From contig MEDY01000080.1 of NCBI GenBank assembly GCA_001724265.1, positions 1-64,000 of the forward strand: DNA of 64,000 nucleotides, read 5' to 3'. The DNA is from Rhizaria sp. SCN 62-66. Taxonomy: Eukaryota. The position numbers were made by a program, and so were the translations under genes. Below are positions 35,001-49,298 of the stretch, in pieces. Positions within the stretch are counted from its first letter, which is position 1. Every line of letters begins with the position of its first letter. The notes beneath the pieces were generated by a model that had not been told where the DNA came from, ran no database searches, and worked only from the letters and a program-made list of their open reading frames with translations.

Positions 35001-38000
35001 AGATTCACAGGCAGACATGCTTCGGCTAATTACCCTGGAGCCCCCTGCGCTCCTGAAGTCGCTCGCTGCCGACATCGGTCCCGTGCATGGCAGTCTCCGC
35101 TGCATGTTCAACACCACAGGCCCATTGTCGAGCTTCAACTGGGTTTTCTTGGGCACGCGCCCGCGCTACGCCATTCAAATGGACGCGATTAAATATGTGC
35201 GTCTGAACGTTTTTACGGTGGTCGACTACTCAATCCTCGCCACCGCATCATCGCTGCCCACGACGGAGCGGGATGCGCTGGCGTTCAGCGACCCGGCTTA
35301 CATGCACGTGCGAATCTCTGATGAGTATGAGGATCACAAGGGTCTGCAGTTTGCGGAAGCACTCTTCGACTCCTTGGCATCGCAGCAAAGTTCATGTCCT
35401 GTGGGGCTTTTAGTCACGAAGGTTGAAGGTAATGCCAACGCGAGCATTTCCGCGCTCTCCGGCGCCACTCTTGTTCCTGCTGACTACAACGGAGGCCTGA
35501 TGATCTCGCTGCCCGATTCTAGCGTGACGCCGACGGCTGAGTGGGGGAAAGTAAACTTGGCGGAGAGTATTGAGTTCAACGGAAACGGTCTGTACTCGCT
35601 TCAGCTTCTCTCGATGTGTGGCGGCGGTGATTTCATGCAGCTCGAGCCGACCTACTTCCGCGTGATCAAACAGTGCCAGATCTCCGACATCGTAAGCATC
35701 GGCGGCAACTTTTCGGCGGATCCAAGTCCCTCCGGCTTTGCTGATGGGTTTGCTGACCCAGGCACGACGTTCACGATCCAATGCGCGACCGGATACTCCA
35801 TTGGCGGCACCCTCGCAAACGCCGTCACTCCGCCCGTCGTGACGTGCACCACTACTGGCTGGGACGGCCTCGGTGTCTTGACTCAAGCAGCCGGCGCGTG
35901 CATGCCCGCGCCCGTCTGCGGCGCGCTCGCCAACCTGCCTGCCTCGCGAGTGCTCAAGGAGACCTACGTGCCCAACGCGGCCGAGAGCACCGTGTTTAAA
36001 GCCATTTGTAACTCAGCCACGCATACCACGCTGGGGGGGACTGCGACGGAAGCTGATCTAACATGCTCGTATAATTCGGGTTCTCAAACGTACGAATGGG
36101 TTTTCGAGGCCGGCACGCAGGTCTGCCTTCCTGCCTGCACTGATTTATCCTCCACTTATAATATTCAGCTGTTGACATACTCGGACTCCTCGCGTTTTGT
36201 GGGCACAGTGGTCGCGGGCGTTGCGTGCATGGTCGACTCGGATATTAACCCCACAATCACCGTCAATGAGCTCGCGTGCGTTCAGAACCCGAACAGTGAG
36301 GAGAGTTCTTGGTGGGGTATGGAAGATGTTGTGCTGGCTGAGATACTGTGCCTCAAGGCACCATGCACTGACATTCCGAAGTCGCTTGTCAACGCCACAC
36401 ACAGCTACACCTACCAGAATATTCCCGTGTCTTCGCCTTACGTCGCGGGCACCGATTGGGAAATCATCTGTAACGCTGGGTATGAGCTCCCAGGTGGCTT
36501 CGCCAGCAGTGCGGTGTGTCAACCGAACGGTGAATGGGGCGCCGAAGGGGTGGCTGAGGCGTGCACCCCACGCGCCTGTGAAGCCTTTTTTTTGGCGAAC
36601 TCGCATTACGCGGCGCCTGCTCAGACGTACTACTATGGTGATGTCTATGTCCCGCAGTGCGAGGCTGGCTTTTACGCCGTCGCCGAAGCAACCAGCGGTG
36701 CCACATGCACGTACAACGCCCAGACTGGGATGTTTTGGAATGCGCCCGTCTTGCCGCTGTGCGTGGCGGGCTGCCCGGCGCTCACAATAGGCAACCACTG
36801 GGCCAACGTCACTTACTCTCTTCCTGAACACTCGGTGTCGCGCGCGGGCGGCACCACGACTGTCACATGTGACACTGGCTTTGCGGTTGACGTGCGTCTG
36901 CCCGGGATCGAGCAGCCGTCGTGCATCGGCAGCGATGACAGCGCAGGTTGGGACGACACGATCACCACCAAATGCGCCATTGAGTGCGAGGCCCTGCCGT
37001 TTACGGACCCCAACCCAGTCAACGGAGTGTGGCAGGTCTTGTTGGGCAGCAATGTCTACTATCCCAGTGATGCGCCTTTCTACGAGGGCGCTGCCTCGCT
37101 GCTCACCTGCAACGATGGCTACGGCATCAACGGGTACAGCGAGGTGACGTCTTTGTACACGTGCTCCGACGACGGTGTATGGCAGGGGAGCGGCAGCACG
37201 TGCCTGGTCCGCGAGTGCTCGCTGAACGACTTGGACGTCTCGATGCGAATGGAGAGTGTGGGGCCCTACACGTTCGAAACGCAGAATATGGTTGCGGTCT
37301 GTGCGGACTCGTACTACCCCGCCAACCCGCTCGTGACGTCCAGCGCTGTGCAATGTGGCTACACACTGCAGGGCGTGTACAAGCATGCGCTTTTGCTGCA
37401 GGACGAAACCTTCTCCTGCGTGCCGGGTTGCCCGGCCGTGACCAACTGGGACGTGTCGTGGAGTGGGGTGAGCTACAGCCCAGGCACTTACCCGGTGGAG
37501 TCCGCAACTCTGCTAGTCACGTGTGCATACGGTTACTACAACCCTTCTGGTGTTGCGACGCTCTCCGTCTGCACGAACACCGGCTCGAAGCTCGAGTGGG
37601 CGCCCGCGCTCGACGCCGTGGGCACGCCCTGTCTGCAGTCTTGCTCCGTTGACAGCACCATGTTCCCGCCTATGGACCCCAGCGTGGGGTCATATACATA
37701 CGTCGACGCTCAGAATGCCGTCCTCGTGCCGATTGACAATGCTGTCCCCGTCGGCGCGAAAGTCTTAATGAGCTGCCAGCCCGGCTTTACCTACGAAGCG
37801 ACTCCTTTGGCTATCGACTACTACTACGTGTGTACTTCCATCGGCTGGCCGATAACCCCGACCGCGTGTGCTCCCACACAGTGTCCTCCGCTCCAAAACG
37901 CGCCGACGGATCTCGAGGCGCCCCAGGGGGAAAACTTCTTCGTCAATGACACCCAAGTATTCACATGCCCGTCCGGCACGCAGAGTAGTAATGGCGGCGC

Positions 38001-41000
38001 CACAAGCTACAAGTGCGTGCAGCCCGCCGCCGCCCCATACGGGGAGCCGGTGTGGGAGCTCGTTGACACGGGCCTCGCTGCGCTCGAGTGTTCCAATGAG
38101 TGTGACGATCTCTTCATTGCGAGCAACTGGGCATCGCTCCCTACTTACGTCAACTCTGTCAACGACAAGCGTGTCGTGGGCTCCACCGCCAGTATCACGT
38201 GCGCAACCTCCCCGACGGCGCCCTATGCGCGCCCCGTTGGCACGGGAGTGCCGACGTGCACGCGCGTGCAGGCCGGGGCCCCGGCCGTCGAGTGGACCGT
38301 GGACGGCGCGACGGGCTGGGAGACGACGCTCTGCCAGCCCGCGTGCTACGGACTGCCGACCGAGCTCGCGCTCGGCGCCGCCGCGGGCGCGTGGACCATC
38401 TACGGCGACAACGACGCCGATATCACCGCGGGCTCCGCCGCGACGTACCCCAACCAGGCGACGGGCGTGCTGACGTGTGCGTCGGGCTACTACGTCGCCG
38501 GCTTTGACCCGACCATCACGACGCGCACTACCACGTGCGTCGCGCCCAGTGAGGGCATCTTCGACTGGGCCGATGGTGCGCAGGACTGCGTCCCCATTGT
38601 GTGCCCCGCGCCGCCCGCGCTGTCCGATGGTCAACACTACACCAACGCCGTTGCCGCTGCCGGTGATCTGCTCCCGGGCGACAAACTCGAGATCTCATGT
38701 GCCCCGGGCTTTGCAGACGCCGTCAACGCGCCGACCCAGATCGAGTGCGTGCTGAACCAGAACACGGGCAGCATGACCTGGGAAGCTGTTCCAGGTGACG
38801 CTCTCCAGTGCGTGGCCGTCGGCTGCGCTGAGCTCACCACCGCGATGTCACTCGCGTGGTTTATGGTCGCTACGTCGAAGACTGAAATTGCCCTAGCATC
38901 CTACGACGTCGGCACCGTGGCCACGATCTACTGCGCCAGCGGGTTTTTCCCCGCTGAGACGCTGTACGAGTCCCCCGTGACTTGCTCCGAGTCTGGCGGC
39001 GTCTTTAGCTGGGGCTACACGAACTCTTGGCTCATTAACAACGCATGTGAGTCCGTTGGATGCACGAGCGAGCCCAACGTGGATCCTGGAGCGGGTGACA
39101 TCTGGGCGTTTGCGACGAGCACGGCCTCTGTGACTTACGTAGGATCTTCAAGCGGCTACTCTTTGGGTATCGTCGCGACGCTCCTCTGCAATGCCGGTTA
39201 TTCGGACCCAGCTGTCAACATGACCACCCAGTGCGTGTCTGACGGCGTTGGCGGCGCGAAGTGGTCCGCGGCTGTCGTGCCCTCGTGCGTGCCGGACCCT
39301 TGTCCGGCATATGACACGCTCATCATGACTGGTGCCAAGTTTGTTGACGACACTGTCGCGTTGCTGGCGCAACGCGCGGATGGTGTTTTTACTCTCGGTG
39401 ACTCTATCGAGCTTGAATGCGACTCCTCTCAGGGCTACTACCCATCAGATGAGAGTCCGAATACCTACATGTACACGTGCCTGATGAGCAACGAGATTAT
39501 CTGGAGCTCGCGTCCTGGAGCCGTTCTTGAGTGCGTGCAAGAAGTAGCTACGTGCACAATCAACGTGCTGGGCGGACTCGCTAACGCTGTGATCACTAAC
39601 TCTCAGACCTACGTTGAGATCACGGAACTGGACGGTGTCATTAACGCAAATGACGCCATCTTAGTCACGTGCTCCTACGGATATGCGTTTTATGCGAATG
39701 CCGCCGAGTGGAATAAGAGCTACACATGCGGTACGGACGGGAAATGGCCCGAGACCGACGTTACGTGTAAGCCCAAGAGCTGCGACGCGCCACAGCCCGA
39801 CACAAACGGCGTCACATACTCATACTCGGACCAGCAGCTGGGCTCCTTGGCAACTGTCTCGTGTCAGTCCAACTATTACGGCACTGGGACAGCGAAGTCC
39901 TATTGTGTCGCCGATGGCAATCTCCAGAACACCGTGTCCTGGACGTTGGCGCAGGGCGAGACGCTGCCGGTGTGCGAGCAGCAGTGCAGTGACATCAAGA
40001 TAACTGCGCTGGCGAAGGTGTCCTACTCCGACGCGAGCCGTCTCGCTGGCGCCACTGCAACGCTCTCGTGCACCGCGCCCTACACTCTCGTGCTTGACTC
40101 CGCGCAGTCGACCGCCACATGCAATTCGCCGGCGTACGAATGGTCTAGGGAGCTGCAGAGTGTCGCTGGGTCTGCCTGTGCAATTACCTGTGCCACATCG
40201 CTGTTCCCGGCTGGCATGGAACTGCGCAGTGTGGAGAAGGGCATCGCCTACTCTGACGGCAGCTACTCGCACGACAGTGTGCTTGCCTTCGGCTGCACTA
40301 ACTCCGCGCAGGTTTTCCTCACGAGTGAGAATGACGTTTTTGTATCGCTGCTGCACTATAAGTGCTCGGTCGGCGGCACCGATGCGAAGCTTGTGGAGTC
40401 CTACATTCGTGAGCCCCTCGTGCCGCTGACCTGCGTGACTCCCACCTGCGCTACCTCGCCCAAGGGCACCGTTACGACCCCCTCAGGTGTGCTGCCTGTG
40501 ACAGTCAATGCTGCCGTTATTCTGACCTGCGACACGGGATATCATGCGACCGGCACCTCTCAGTCAAGCGAGGCGAAGTGCGCGCTTGATAGCTCGACTG
40601 GCGTCACTTATTGGACTACGACCAGTGCCGACTTTGCCTGTGAGGCGACCGTTGCTATCAAGTGCCCTGAGTTCACCGTGAGCAATGGTGTTGTGTCTCT
40701 TTCCAATGATACAATTCTGGCAAAGACATCCTGCAACGCAGGCTATGTCCTTTCTGGATCTGAGAAACTGACGTGTGATACTGTGACTGGCTTGTGGTCC
40801 GACGCAATGCCGACATGCACGGTGCAGCCGGGTTGTAACGACGTTTTCATTGAGAACGCGTTTGCGAGCACCGGTAAGGGCTCGTGGACCGACAACAACG
40901 GTATCGCACGCTTTGTGTGCAACCCAGGCTATGAGTTCGAGCAAAGCTGGTCCACGTCTTACCTCGATGTCGTCTGCGACGTGGCTGACTGGCTCACTAA

Positions 41001-44000
41001 GATCCAGCGGTGCGTGGCGCAGCCCACGTGCGGCACGTTCATCACGTCCAACCAAAGCATCAGTGTTACAGGCCTCTCTGCAGCTGGAGCCGCAGTCACA
41101 CTCAGCGACAAGAACGCGCTCGGCACGGTCATCGTGCCCTCGTGCGTGCTTACCGAGCAGACGGCGTTCCCCACCGCCGCGACGGTGGGCTCCACGGGTC
41201 AGGTCGTCACGTGCACGCACGTCGATCTTCAATACGCTGCAGTGTGGCTCGGCTCCGGCCTCCAGTGCTTCACCGCGCCCGCGCTCTCTACGGCCACGCT
41301 CGACGCCTCGGGCTCGCGCACTGTTGTCTTGCTGCGCTTCAGCGCGGAGACGTCGCGTCCCGTGCACGTGGCCGGCTGGGACCCCACCACGGCGGACGCC
41401 GCGCTGTGCTCGTACCTGCTCACTACGGCCTCGGTCGCGCTGCTCGGCACTTCGCCGCAGTGCCGCTGGTCGTCGGTGAGCGAGTTTGCGGTCACGCTTG
41501 GCACCGACCCTTCGCTGCAGCCTAACTCGACGCTGACTGTTAAGGGCGGACTGGTCGGACTTCAGGTCATCGCTAACAGCACGCTCTACAACGCCGCGGC
41601 GATGCCCAAGATGGCAGAGACCACAACGCCCAAACTCACAGTCGTTACCGTGACCCCCGTCGTGACGATCAAGGCGCCCGTGCGCGTGTCTGCCTGCGCC
41701 TCTGCCGTAATCGACGCCTCGGCGAGCACCGGCGGCGGCCAGCGCGCAATGTTCTTCGAGTTCACGCTTGTGTCGTCCACAGCGGACAGCTACGACCCGA
41801 GCTTTGCTTCTGGCTTCACGACCGCGACGACCGCCAAGATGACCTTCGGCAGCACTGTTGGTGGCTCTCATGTGGTGCTCATCACTGCGCGCAACTGGCT
41901 GGGCTTCACGGCCTCCGTCACGCACACGATCGAGTCCACCGTCGACGGCTTTGTGATGGAGCCTACTCTCAGCGGCGGCGGCGCGCTGGCCCGCGAGGTC
42001 GTTGCCAGCGCCGCCTTCTCGGTGCTCGCGTCCGTGCGCGTGACTGGCTGCGGCCTCGAGTCCAAGCTCGAGGTGCGCCACGCCTGGGTTCTCGTCAACG
42101 CCGACAACTCCACCACGGCGTTGACGACGCAGGCCGCGCTGTCGTTCGCGCCGTACCACTTCACCGCCGGCAGCGTCACCGTGTTCAAGTACACGACCAC
42201 GCTCGTCGGCTACCCCACCGAGCAGAGCTCCCTTACGCTCACTATCACCACCACCGCGCGCGCGCCGCGTGCTGAAATCGTCGTCGCGGCGTCGTCGCTC
42301 GCGCCCGCGGCCACCATCACCAACCGCGTGATGCTCGAGACCTCGGCGGGCGCGTTCACGCCCGCCAACGCCGCGGCCGCGGCTGCTGCCGCGGGGACTT
42401 CGCTGCGCGAGCTGGCGACGCTGGTGCCGTTGGCGCTCTCTCTGTCCGCGGCCACGTCGCGCGACCGCGACCTCGACTTCGCGACCGTGGTCGCCGGCGG
42501 CATCGCCAACTACACGTGGGCCTGCTACCGCGCGTCGCTCACGCACGCCGCCACGGCACAGTGGACGGCGTCCTCGTGCCCGGCCGACGTGGCAGCGCTG
42601 TTCTCCGCGACGACCGCCAACATCACCGTGTCCGCCTCCGTAGTGCCCTTGCTGGCGCGTAATGACGACGTCGAAGCACGCGCCGCACTCGTGATTGCGC
42701 TCACGGTCGCCACGTCCGCAGGCAGCCCCGCTCGGCGCTCGCGCGTGGTCGCACGCTTCGAGATCGTGCCCGCCGTGTCCTTCTTTGCGCGCCCGGCCGT
42801 GATCCTGCCGCTGGGCTCGGTGCCCTCGACCTCGCGCGTGTCGCCCTACGCGCCGCTGCGCCTCGCCGCCAACGTCGCTGGGCCCAACAACACGTACGCG
42901 TTGCTGTGGGCGTGTGAGAGCGGCAACGTCAACGTCGCGACCACGGGCGTGCTCGCGTCGCCGCTGACGGGCTCGACGCTGGCCATCGCCACGGCCGCGC
43001 TCGCGCCCGACACGACATACTCGTTCCGCATCTCCATCTTCATCACCTCGTCCACGGGCCCCACGTTCCCGCTTGCAGCCGCGCCCGCCGCGGCGCTGGC
43101 GGCGGCGACGGCGCCCAACCGCGCCGCGGGCCCGCTCCCGGGCGAGGCCGCGTCGGCCGTGGTGACGGTGCGCACGGCGGGTCTGCCCGCAAGCGGCTCG
43201 TGCACGCAGGTGACGGACCCCGCGGAGCTGCAGGACGCGCTCGAGACGCGCGCGCTGGTGCGCTGCGTCGGCTGGGCCGCAAGCACGGCCGAGGAGCTGC
43301 CGCTGCGCTACCGCTGGCTGCGCGCCGACTCGAGCCTGTTGCTGGCGTCGACCGACATCGAGCCCTCTGCGCTGCTGGCGCTGCCGCCCGGCCTCACGCG
43401 TCTGCGCGTCGAGATCGTCTCGGCGCTGGGCGTGCCCGTGCTCGTGGCCGTCAACGTCACGACCACCATCGCGGCCTCGCCCGCAGTGCGCACCGCCGCC
43501 GTCAACGACGCCACGGCTGCCGTGGCCGCTGGCGACGCGTGGACCTTCGTGCAGTCTGCCAGCACAGCCACGCAGATGCTCAGCACCGCTGGCAACAGCA
43601 CTGGCGGCACCGGCAACAGTACGGACGACGGCAGCTCCGGCCCGACGCTGTCGCCACCGCAGATCGCGCAAGAGATCCTGGCGCTGCTTAAAGACCCCTC
43701 TGTGCAGTCGCTGCTTGCTGACGCCGAGGGCGTCGACTCGTCGCTCTTCACCGAGAACAGCAGCAACGAGAGCGAAGACGGCAGCAGCGGCACTGCGGAC
43801 GACGAGACCAACGTGATCGTCCCAGTGTCTGCGCTGCAGAGCGCGGGCTCCGCGCTCGCGATCGAGCTGCTGGCGACGCTCGCGCAGTCGCCGGCGGCCG
43901 AGCTGAGCTCGCAGAACATCTCGCTAACGATGACTCTAGTTGAGGACAACATGCGCGGACTTGTCGAGGCCTCGCGCGCCGTGTCGCCGACCACGCTCAC

Positions 44001-47000
44001 CAGCTACATCAGCGTGCTCGATGCAAACGTTAACCTGCTAGCAGCGTCCAACTCCGACTCCAGCTCCAGTAGCTCCAACAACTCGAGCAGCTCGAACTCG
44101 ACTGACGATGGCGGCGCCAACGGCAGCACCAGCGTCGCCGGCCTCGTGGGCCAGCAGACCGCGCTTGTGACGCAAGCCGCGCTGCAGGACGCGCAGCCCA
44201 ACGAGGACCCGCTTCTGTGGACCAGCGGCGCCGTGTCCTTCGTCACCGCGCGCCTCGACACCGAGACCGGCGGCGAGATCAGTCTCCAGGTCGATGGCTC
44301 CGACGACAGCTCCAGCGTCGCGGGCGCTCTGCCTGTCGCCTCTGCGGTCCTGCTCACCAGCGCCTCCGCGCGCTTCTCGCATCACGTTGCGCGCGCTCTC
44401 GGTGCCGCCCCGCGCGCTTTCAGCCCCGCGGCGGTCAAGAAGGGCGTGCGCGTGCCCGGCGCGCTGCTGAAGACTCTCGGCACCAGCACCGGCGGCCGGC
44501 TCGACGCGACGGTCTCCGCGCTCTCTGACGCGACTCTGCTGGCCGCCGACGCCCTCGAGGCGCCCGACGCGCGCGCGGACGTGGACGACGCGGACACGAC
44601 GTACACGGGCAGCTTTGCGGGCTCCATCGGCCTGACACTGTTCGACAGCACCGGCGCGGAGGTCAGCGTGGCGAGCACGGGTGTGGACGTCGCCGTCAGT
44701 AACGGTACTGCGCCCGCGCCCGTGGCCAGTGACGAGGAGGAGAACGGCCTTTTCTTCGTGACGATCCCGCACGAGAAGAGGCTGCCGGTGAACTTCACGG
44801 CGACGTGTCAGTTCCTCGACGTGTCCACCAACAAGTGGAGCCAGCGCGGCTGCGCGGTCGCTGAGTCGACAACTGAGTACACGCTGTGCAAGTGCAACCA
44901 CCTGACAATGTTCTCCATCCGCTTCTCGCCGAAATACTTCGCGCCTAAGTTCATCACGTTCGACGTGACGTCGTTCACGTCGCTGTCGTGGTCGCAAATC
45001 ACCCGCAACCCGGTGCCGCTGATCGTGCTGTGCGTGTGGGTCGGCGTCATGCTCGTGCTGCTCTTTGTTGGCGCGCGCATTGACCGCAAATACGACAAGC
45101 AGGGCCTCGCGAAGCTGCTGGTTGAGTGGCATCCCGCGTCTCAGATCTCGCTCACCAAGGCTGACGAGTACCGTGTCGCCGCCCGCTCGTCCACGCTGCT
45201 GTTCCTCTGGCGCCGCTACTTCCAGGTCTTCCGCCGCGACCACTCGTGGCTGTCGCTGTGGCTGCGTCCCACGACCGACGACTTCGGCTCGCAGGCGCGC
45301 GCTGTCACCACGGGCATCACCATCCTGATGGCGCTCACGATCGCGGCCACCTTCTTCGGCTCGCAGGAGCAGGAGGCCGCGCTGGTCATCTCCGCCATCA
45401 CCACCGCCGTCACGTACCCCATCAACAAGCTCTTCCAGGCCGTGTTCGAGTACTCGGACAAGAACAGGCTGAAGCGCTTCTTGTACTTCTACGCCGAGCA
45501 CCTCGCCTTCCTGCAGATTCACGGCCGCTCCGACTTCTTCTCGCCCGCCCAGTGCGCGCGCCTGCTGGCGACCCCGCCGCTTGCGGACCTGGAGATCGTG
45601 CGCGAGCTGCTGCCCGAGGTCGCCAAGTGGCACGAGAGCGACGACGAGGCCGCCGAGCGCTTCCACAAGGCCCTCGTGCACGCGCGCAAGCAGGAGCTCG
45701 CGGGCGCTGACGCCGATGGCAGCGGCAACTTCACGACCGCGCAGATGAGCCAGGCCCAGGCCGATGCGCTGCGCCCCGAGCCGCTGCTGCGCGTGCCCAA
45801 CACTTACACCACGCACCGCGGACTGGACCGCGACGAATCGACGCTGCACCTGATCCTGCGCACGAGCGTCGCCATGGATGCCGAGTTGGTGATCGAGGCG
45901 CATCGCCACCGCGACTGGACGCTTAAGGTCCCCCGCGGCGCGCGCGCAGTGGGCGTGACGATGATTTCGCTCATCACTGTCGGCTGCATCATGCTCGTGC
46001 TGGTCATGGGCATGGAGATGGATCGCTCCAACGGCTCGGACGTCGTCACCCAGTGGATCTACTCCACGCTGGGCTCCATCGCCGTCGACGCCGTGCTGTC
46101 CGGCCCCATCCTCACCATGGTGCGCTCCACAATCGTCTTCATGGTCAAGTACATGTTCCTCGGCAAGTGTTGCAGCATCCGCGCGCGCCGCTACGACTGC
46201 ATGCCGAAGCTGCTCCCGTCGCGCCGCCTCTCCTTCTCTGCGAACACCAGCATGACGTCATTCCTGGAGATCATGGGCGCCAAGTGTGAGCCCGGGCTCG
46301 TGTACGACACGCCCGCCGGCCTGGACGTGCCCGTCGACCACAATGACGACGCCAGAGACGGCGACGACGACTGTGACAGCACAGAGCCCTCGGGCGGCGC
46401 GACGCGCAACAAGCGCGGCAGCGGCAGCCTCAGAGTCGCGCGGCCCGCGCAGACGGTGCGCAGCAGTATCAGCGTCAGCGGTACCGACGAGTCGTCGCAC
46501 AGCGAGGGCCGTCTGGAGCGCGCCGACTACGGCGTCTTCGTTCACGGCGGCGCCATGCAGCTTGCGCAGCTCGACCTCTACAGCAAGGGCAAGCCCGACG
46601 GCGGCGGCCGCAGCGGCGACAGCGTCGGCACGGACGAGCCGGCCGTGGCGCTGCAGGCGACGCCGCGGTGGGCGACAGCGCATACGTTGGCGGCGTCGAC
46701 CATCGTGGCCGTGCTGACGGACGACCGGTCGGATCCCAGCTCCGAGCTGGAGACGGGCTCGCTGCCCGTGCGCCGCACCGCCTCGGGCCACAGCGACGAC
46801 GGCTTCGGCGAGGACAGCATGTCGCAGATCGACCGCGTGGCGGCGCCGGCGCCCGCTGTCACGGCACTGGTCGCGAGTGTCAGCATGCCGGCCGGCTCAG
46901 GCCTCGCAACTCACACCGCAAACGATGACGGGCACGCGAGCGCCGAGGTGTCGCGCGTGCGCTACGCCGCGGACGTCGAGGACGAACACAGCGACAAGCA

Positions 47001-47223
47001 CGGCGACGCCGCCAAGCTCGGCACGCGCGGGCACGGTAAGCACGCGCATGAGCGCGAACACTCGGTGTCGTCGGTGCGCAACCACATTCGCTACGGCACC
47101 GGTGCTGAGGGCTCCGAGTCGGACGGGGGCGACGGCTACACCGACAGCGAGGACCAGGACTACGGCCGAGACGACGGCCAGCCGGAGGTCTCGGTGTCCC
47201 ACCTCCGCGTCTTCTTCCATTAA
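32092..47223 (+). CDS. Giant (~4,995 aa) polycystin-1-like cell-surface protein: signal peptide, long sushi/CCP array, REJ-like region, GPS motif and about five TM helices; exons 32092-32209 and 32354-47223, in-frame TAG at 34603-34605
   Basis: Exon 1 encodes a signal peptide (…WLFCVVVFSMFAGLADA-LP), followed by a 144-nt intron GTACGT…CTCCAG. Repeated C..GY…C…W…C modules span ~35670-41270. REJ-like motifs IDASASTGGG and P.SGSC…C.GW…LPLRY. GPS CQFLDVSTNKWSQRGC…CKCNHLTMF at ~44806-44913. PKD1-type DHSWLSLW.RP motif. Ends at TAA. Confidence 0.85.
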
Positions 47224-49298
47224 ACGCTGTCTCTCTCCCTCTCTCATTCTCTTGTGACGTCTGTTCCGTAGACACTTTGTTTGTGGCCGCGAAGCAGTCG
47301 TGTATCTGTTCGATGACCCCACAAACCGCCATCAGCTGGTAATGCTGACCGCGTGTGTGATTTTATTTTGCCAGAATGTCTTCTCTTGAGGTCCTCTGTA
47401 TGTGTCTTTTTTTTGCAATTCTCTTCACTGTGCTTTGATGGATTTATTTGTGTCGTTGTTTGTTCTTGTCTGGCTTAAATGTTTTGTTTTGCTCTGTTTT
47501 GTTGTTTATCACAACCTTCAAGTGCGTTCATATTGACGCCACATCGACTCGCTGCCTCACTCCGTGTGCGTGCACGCATGTACGGCGGTGGTGTCGTCAC
47601 TGAACACATTTTGGTGGTTCTGTTACCTCTCTTTGTTATCCTCCAACGCATGTTTATTTCTTCGGTGTGATCGAATAGTTCGAGTAGATATTCTTTCACA
47701 TGACTACTTCTTTTGCTGTCATAATCACTATCCTTTGTCGAATCTCTTCCTTTTTTTTTTCAACCAGTTCTACTAACTTAGGTTTGTTTTAAACACATCA
47801 CCATATTACTAACCCCCCGTCCTCTCAAGAGTCAGCACACGGTCATCGTCACCTTCAGTTAAAATATCCGTCATCGCACTTTATCACGCACAGCGTCATT
47901 TTTTGCCACTTCTTTTTCCTACGCCCCACGCACGCTCCACTTCGATGCGCTCTGTTTGCATCGCCGATGGCGTCGTAACTGTGTCAACCCCCGCGCGCAC
48001 GTGTCGCAGAATGCTTAGCTCATGCATCACATTCTGTAGTTTGCAGTCTAACCGTTGCCGTTTAGCTCAGTGCAACGATGCCTCCTGCTGCGCACGCCTC
48101 TTCTGTGGACAGCGCGTCATTATCTCTGCAAGTCAGGCAGCTCAACCGAAACTCGAGCTGGTAGCTGTGAAACGCAGAGCATATTGCGCTCAGTGCTTTC
48201 AAAAACTGTGCTTTTCCGTGTTTCATCATGTGACCTATGTGTCACGTGACTCGCTATATCTGGTCGTTATTTTTCACGTTAGTAATATTCTGCCATTGCT
48301 TAAATCAATAGCCCGCGTGCTCCACGTGCGGCTGCCGCACCCCGCTATCTTCTGTCTGAAGCTGCTCACAGTCACTGCTTTGGTGCCCCTGTTGCGAGCG
48401 AGCTTAGCCGGGTGTGAGATACTTAAGTTTGTTTTCTGTTGCACCCTTAATCGTTTTACTTCACCTACTTTTTATTTGTTTTTGAGAACAAAGAGAACAC
48501 GAATCTCATTGTTTTGCATGACACCAATCCACTCGTTACAATACACTGCGTTTTTTTACCATCATTCCTGCACTCGTGCTATATTGTACGTCTTCATGAT
48601 ATAACGTTTGAGTGTATTAGAGTGGAGCGCGACAAACGGTGCGTCCTGAGGTTAGTGGTGTTGCTCACTTAAATTACGTGATAAAAGTGTAACAACGATA
48701 TGATAAAAACAAAAACAAAAAAGAACTATAGTCGACATTGGGTGTCTCCCTGCGCAGTGCAATCATCACTGCAGTCCGCTCATCGAGCCAGTCCGCCCGC
48801 CAGCAGCACCTCATATCACGGGGATGCTGGTGGCTGGCGACCGGCGGACTGCTGTCTCGCGTCAGAGTCAAAGACAGAGTCCGATTCGTCGAACATAGGC
48901 ACGCGCAAGCGGGTGTGTGCGCGAGTGAACCCATAAATAGCCAGAACAGGGGCTCTGTGCCCGCTGCGGAGCCGGTCTCCCCGGTGTCTGCCTGGCTGCT
49001 GCGCTCTGCAGCGCAAACTCACACCACACGCAGTGGAAAGGAAGCTGTGCAACCAGAGAGTGCAAACATGCATGCATCAATCACTGCATCACTGCAGTGT
49101 CACAGTGCGGTTGCGTGCGCGTCTTGGCATAGCAGAGACGCTAAGACTGAATGATCACGACATGTGATACGCGAGTTGCAAGCGCGGGCAGTAAAGCGAA
49201 GTGAAGTGACGCGAAGGGGAGATAGAGCGGTTCGTTGGTATACATTTGACGCTTCAAGCAGCACAGTTTGTTCGCGGCAGGCAGTGTAGATTAGGCGT

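Noticed and set aside
27692-47223. Functional coupling between the TMEM260 O-mannosyltransferase and the adjacent giant receptor
   Set aside because: Adjacency in a gene-dense eukaryotic genome is weak evidence, and I recognised no IPT domains (the known TMEM260 substrates) in the receptor.
47903-48604. 233-aa plus-strand ORF and broken minus-strand frames in the 2-kb gap after the giant gene
   Set aside because: Non-ATG start, intergenic-like composition, no GC3 bias and no motif; allowing TAG readthrough did not yield a convincing gene in the frames I checked.
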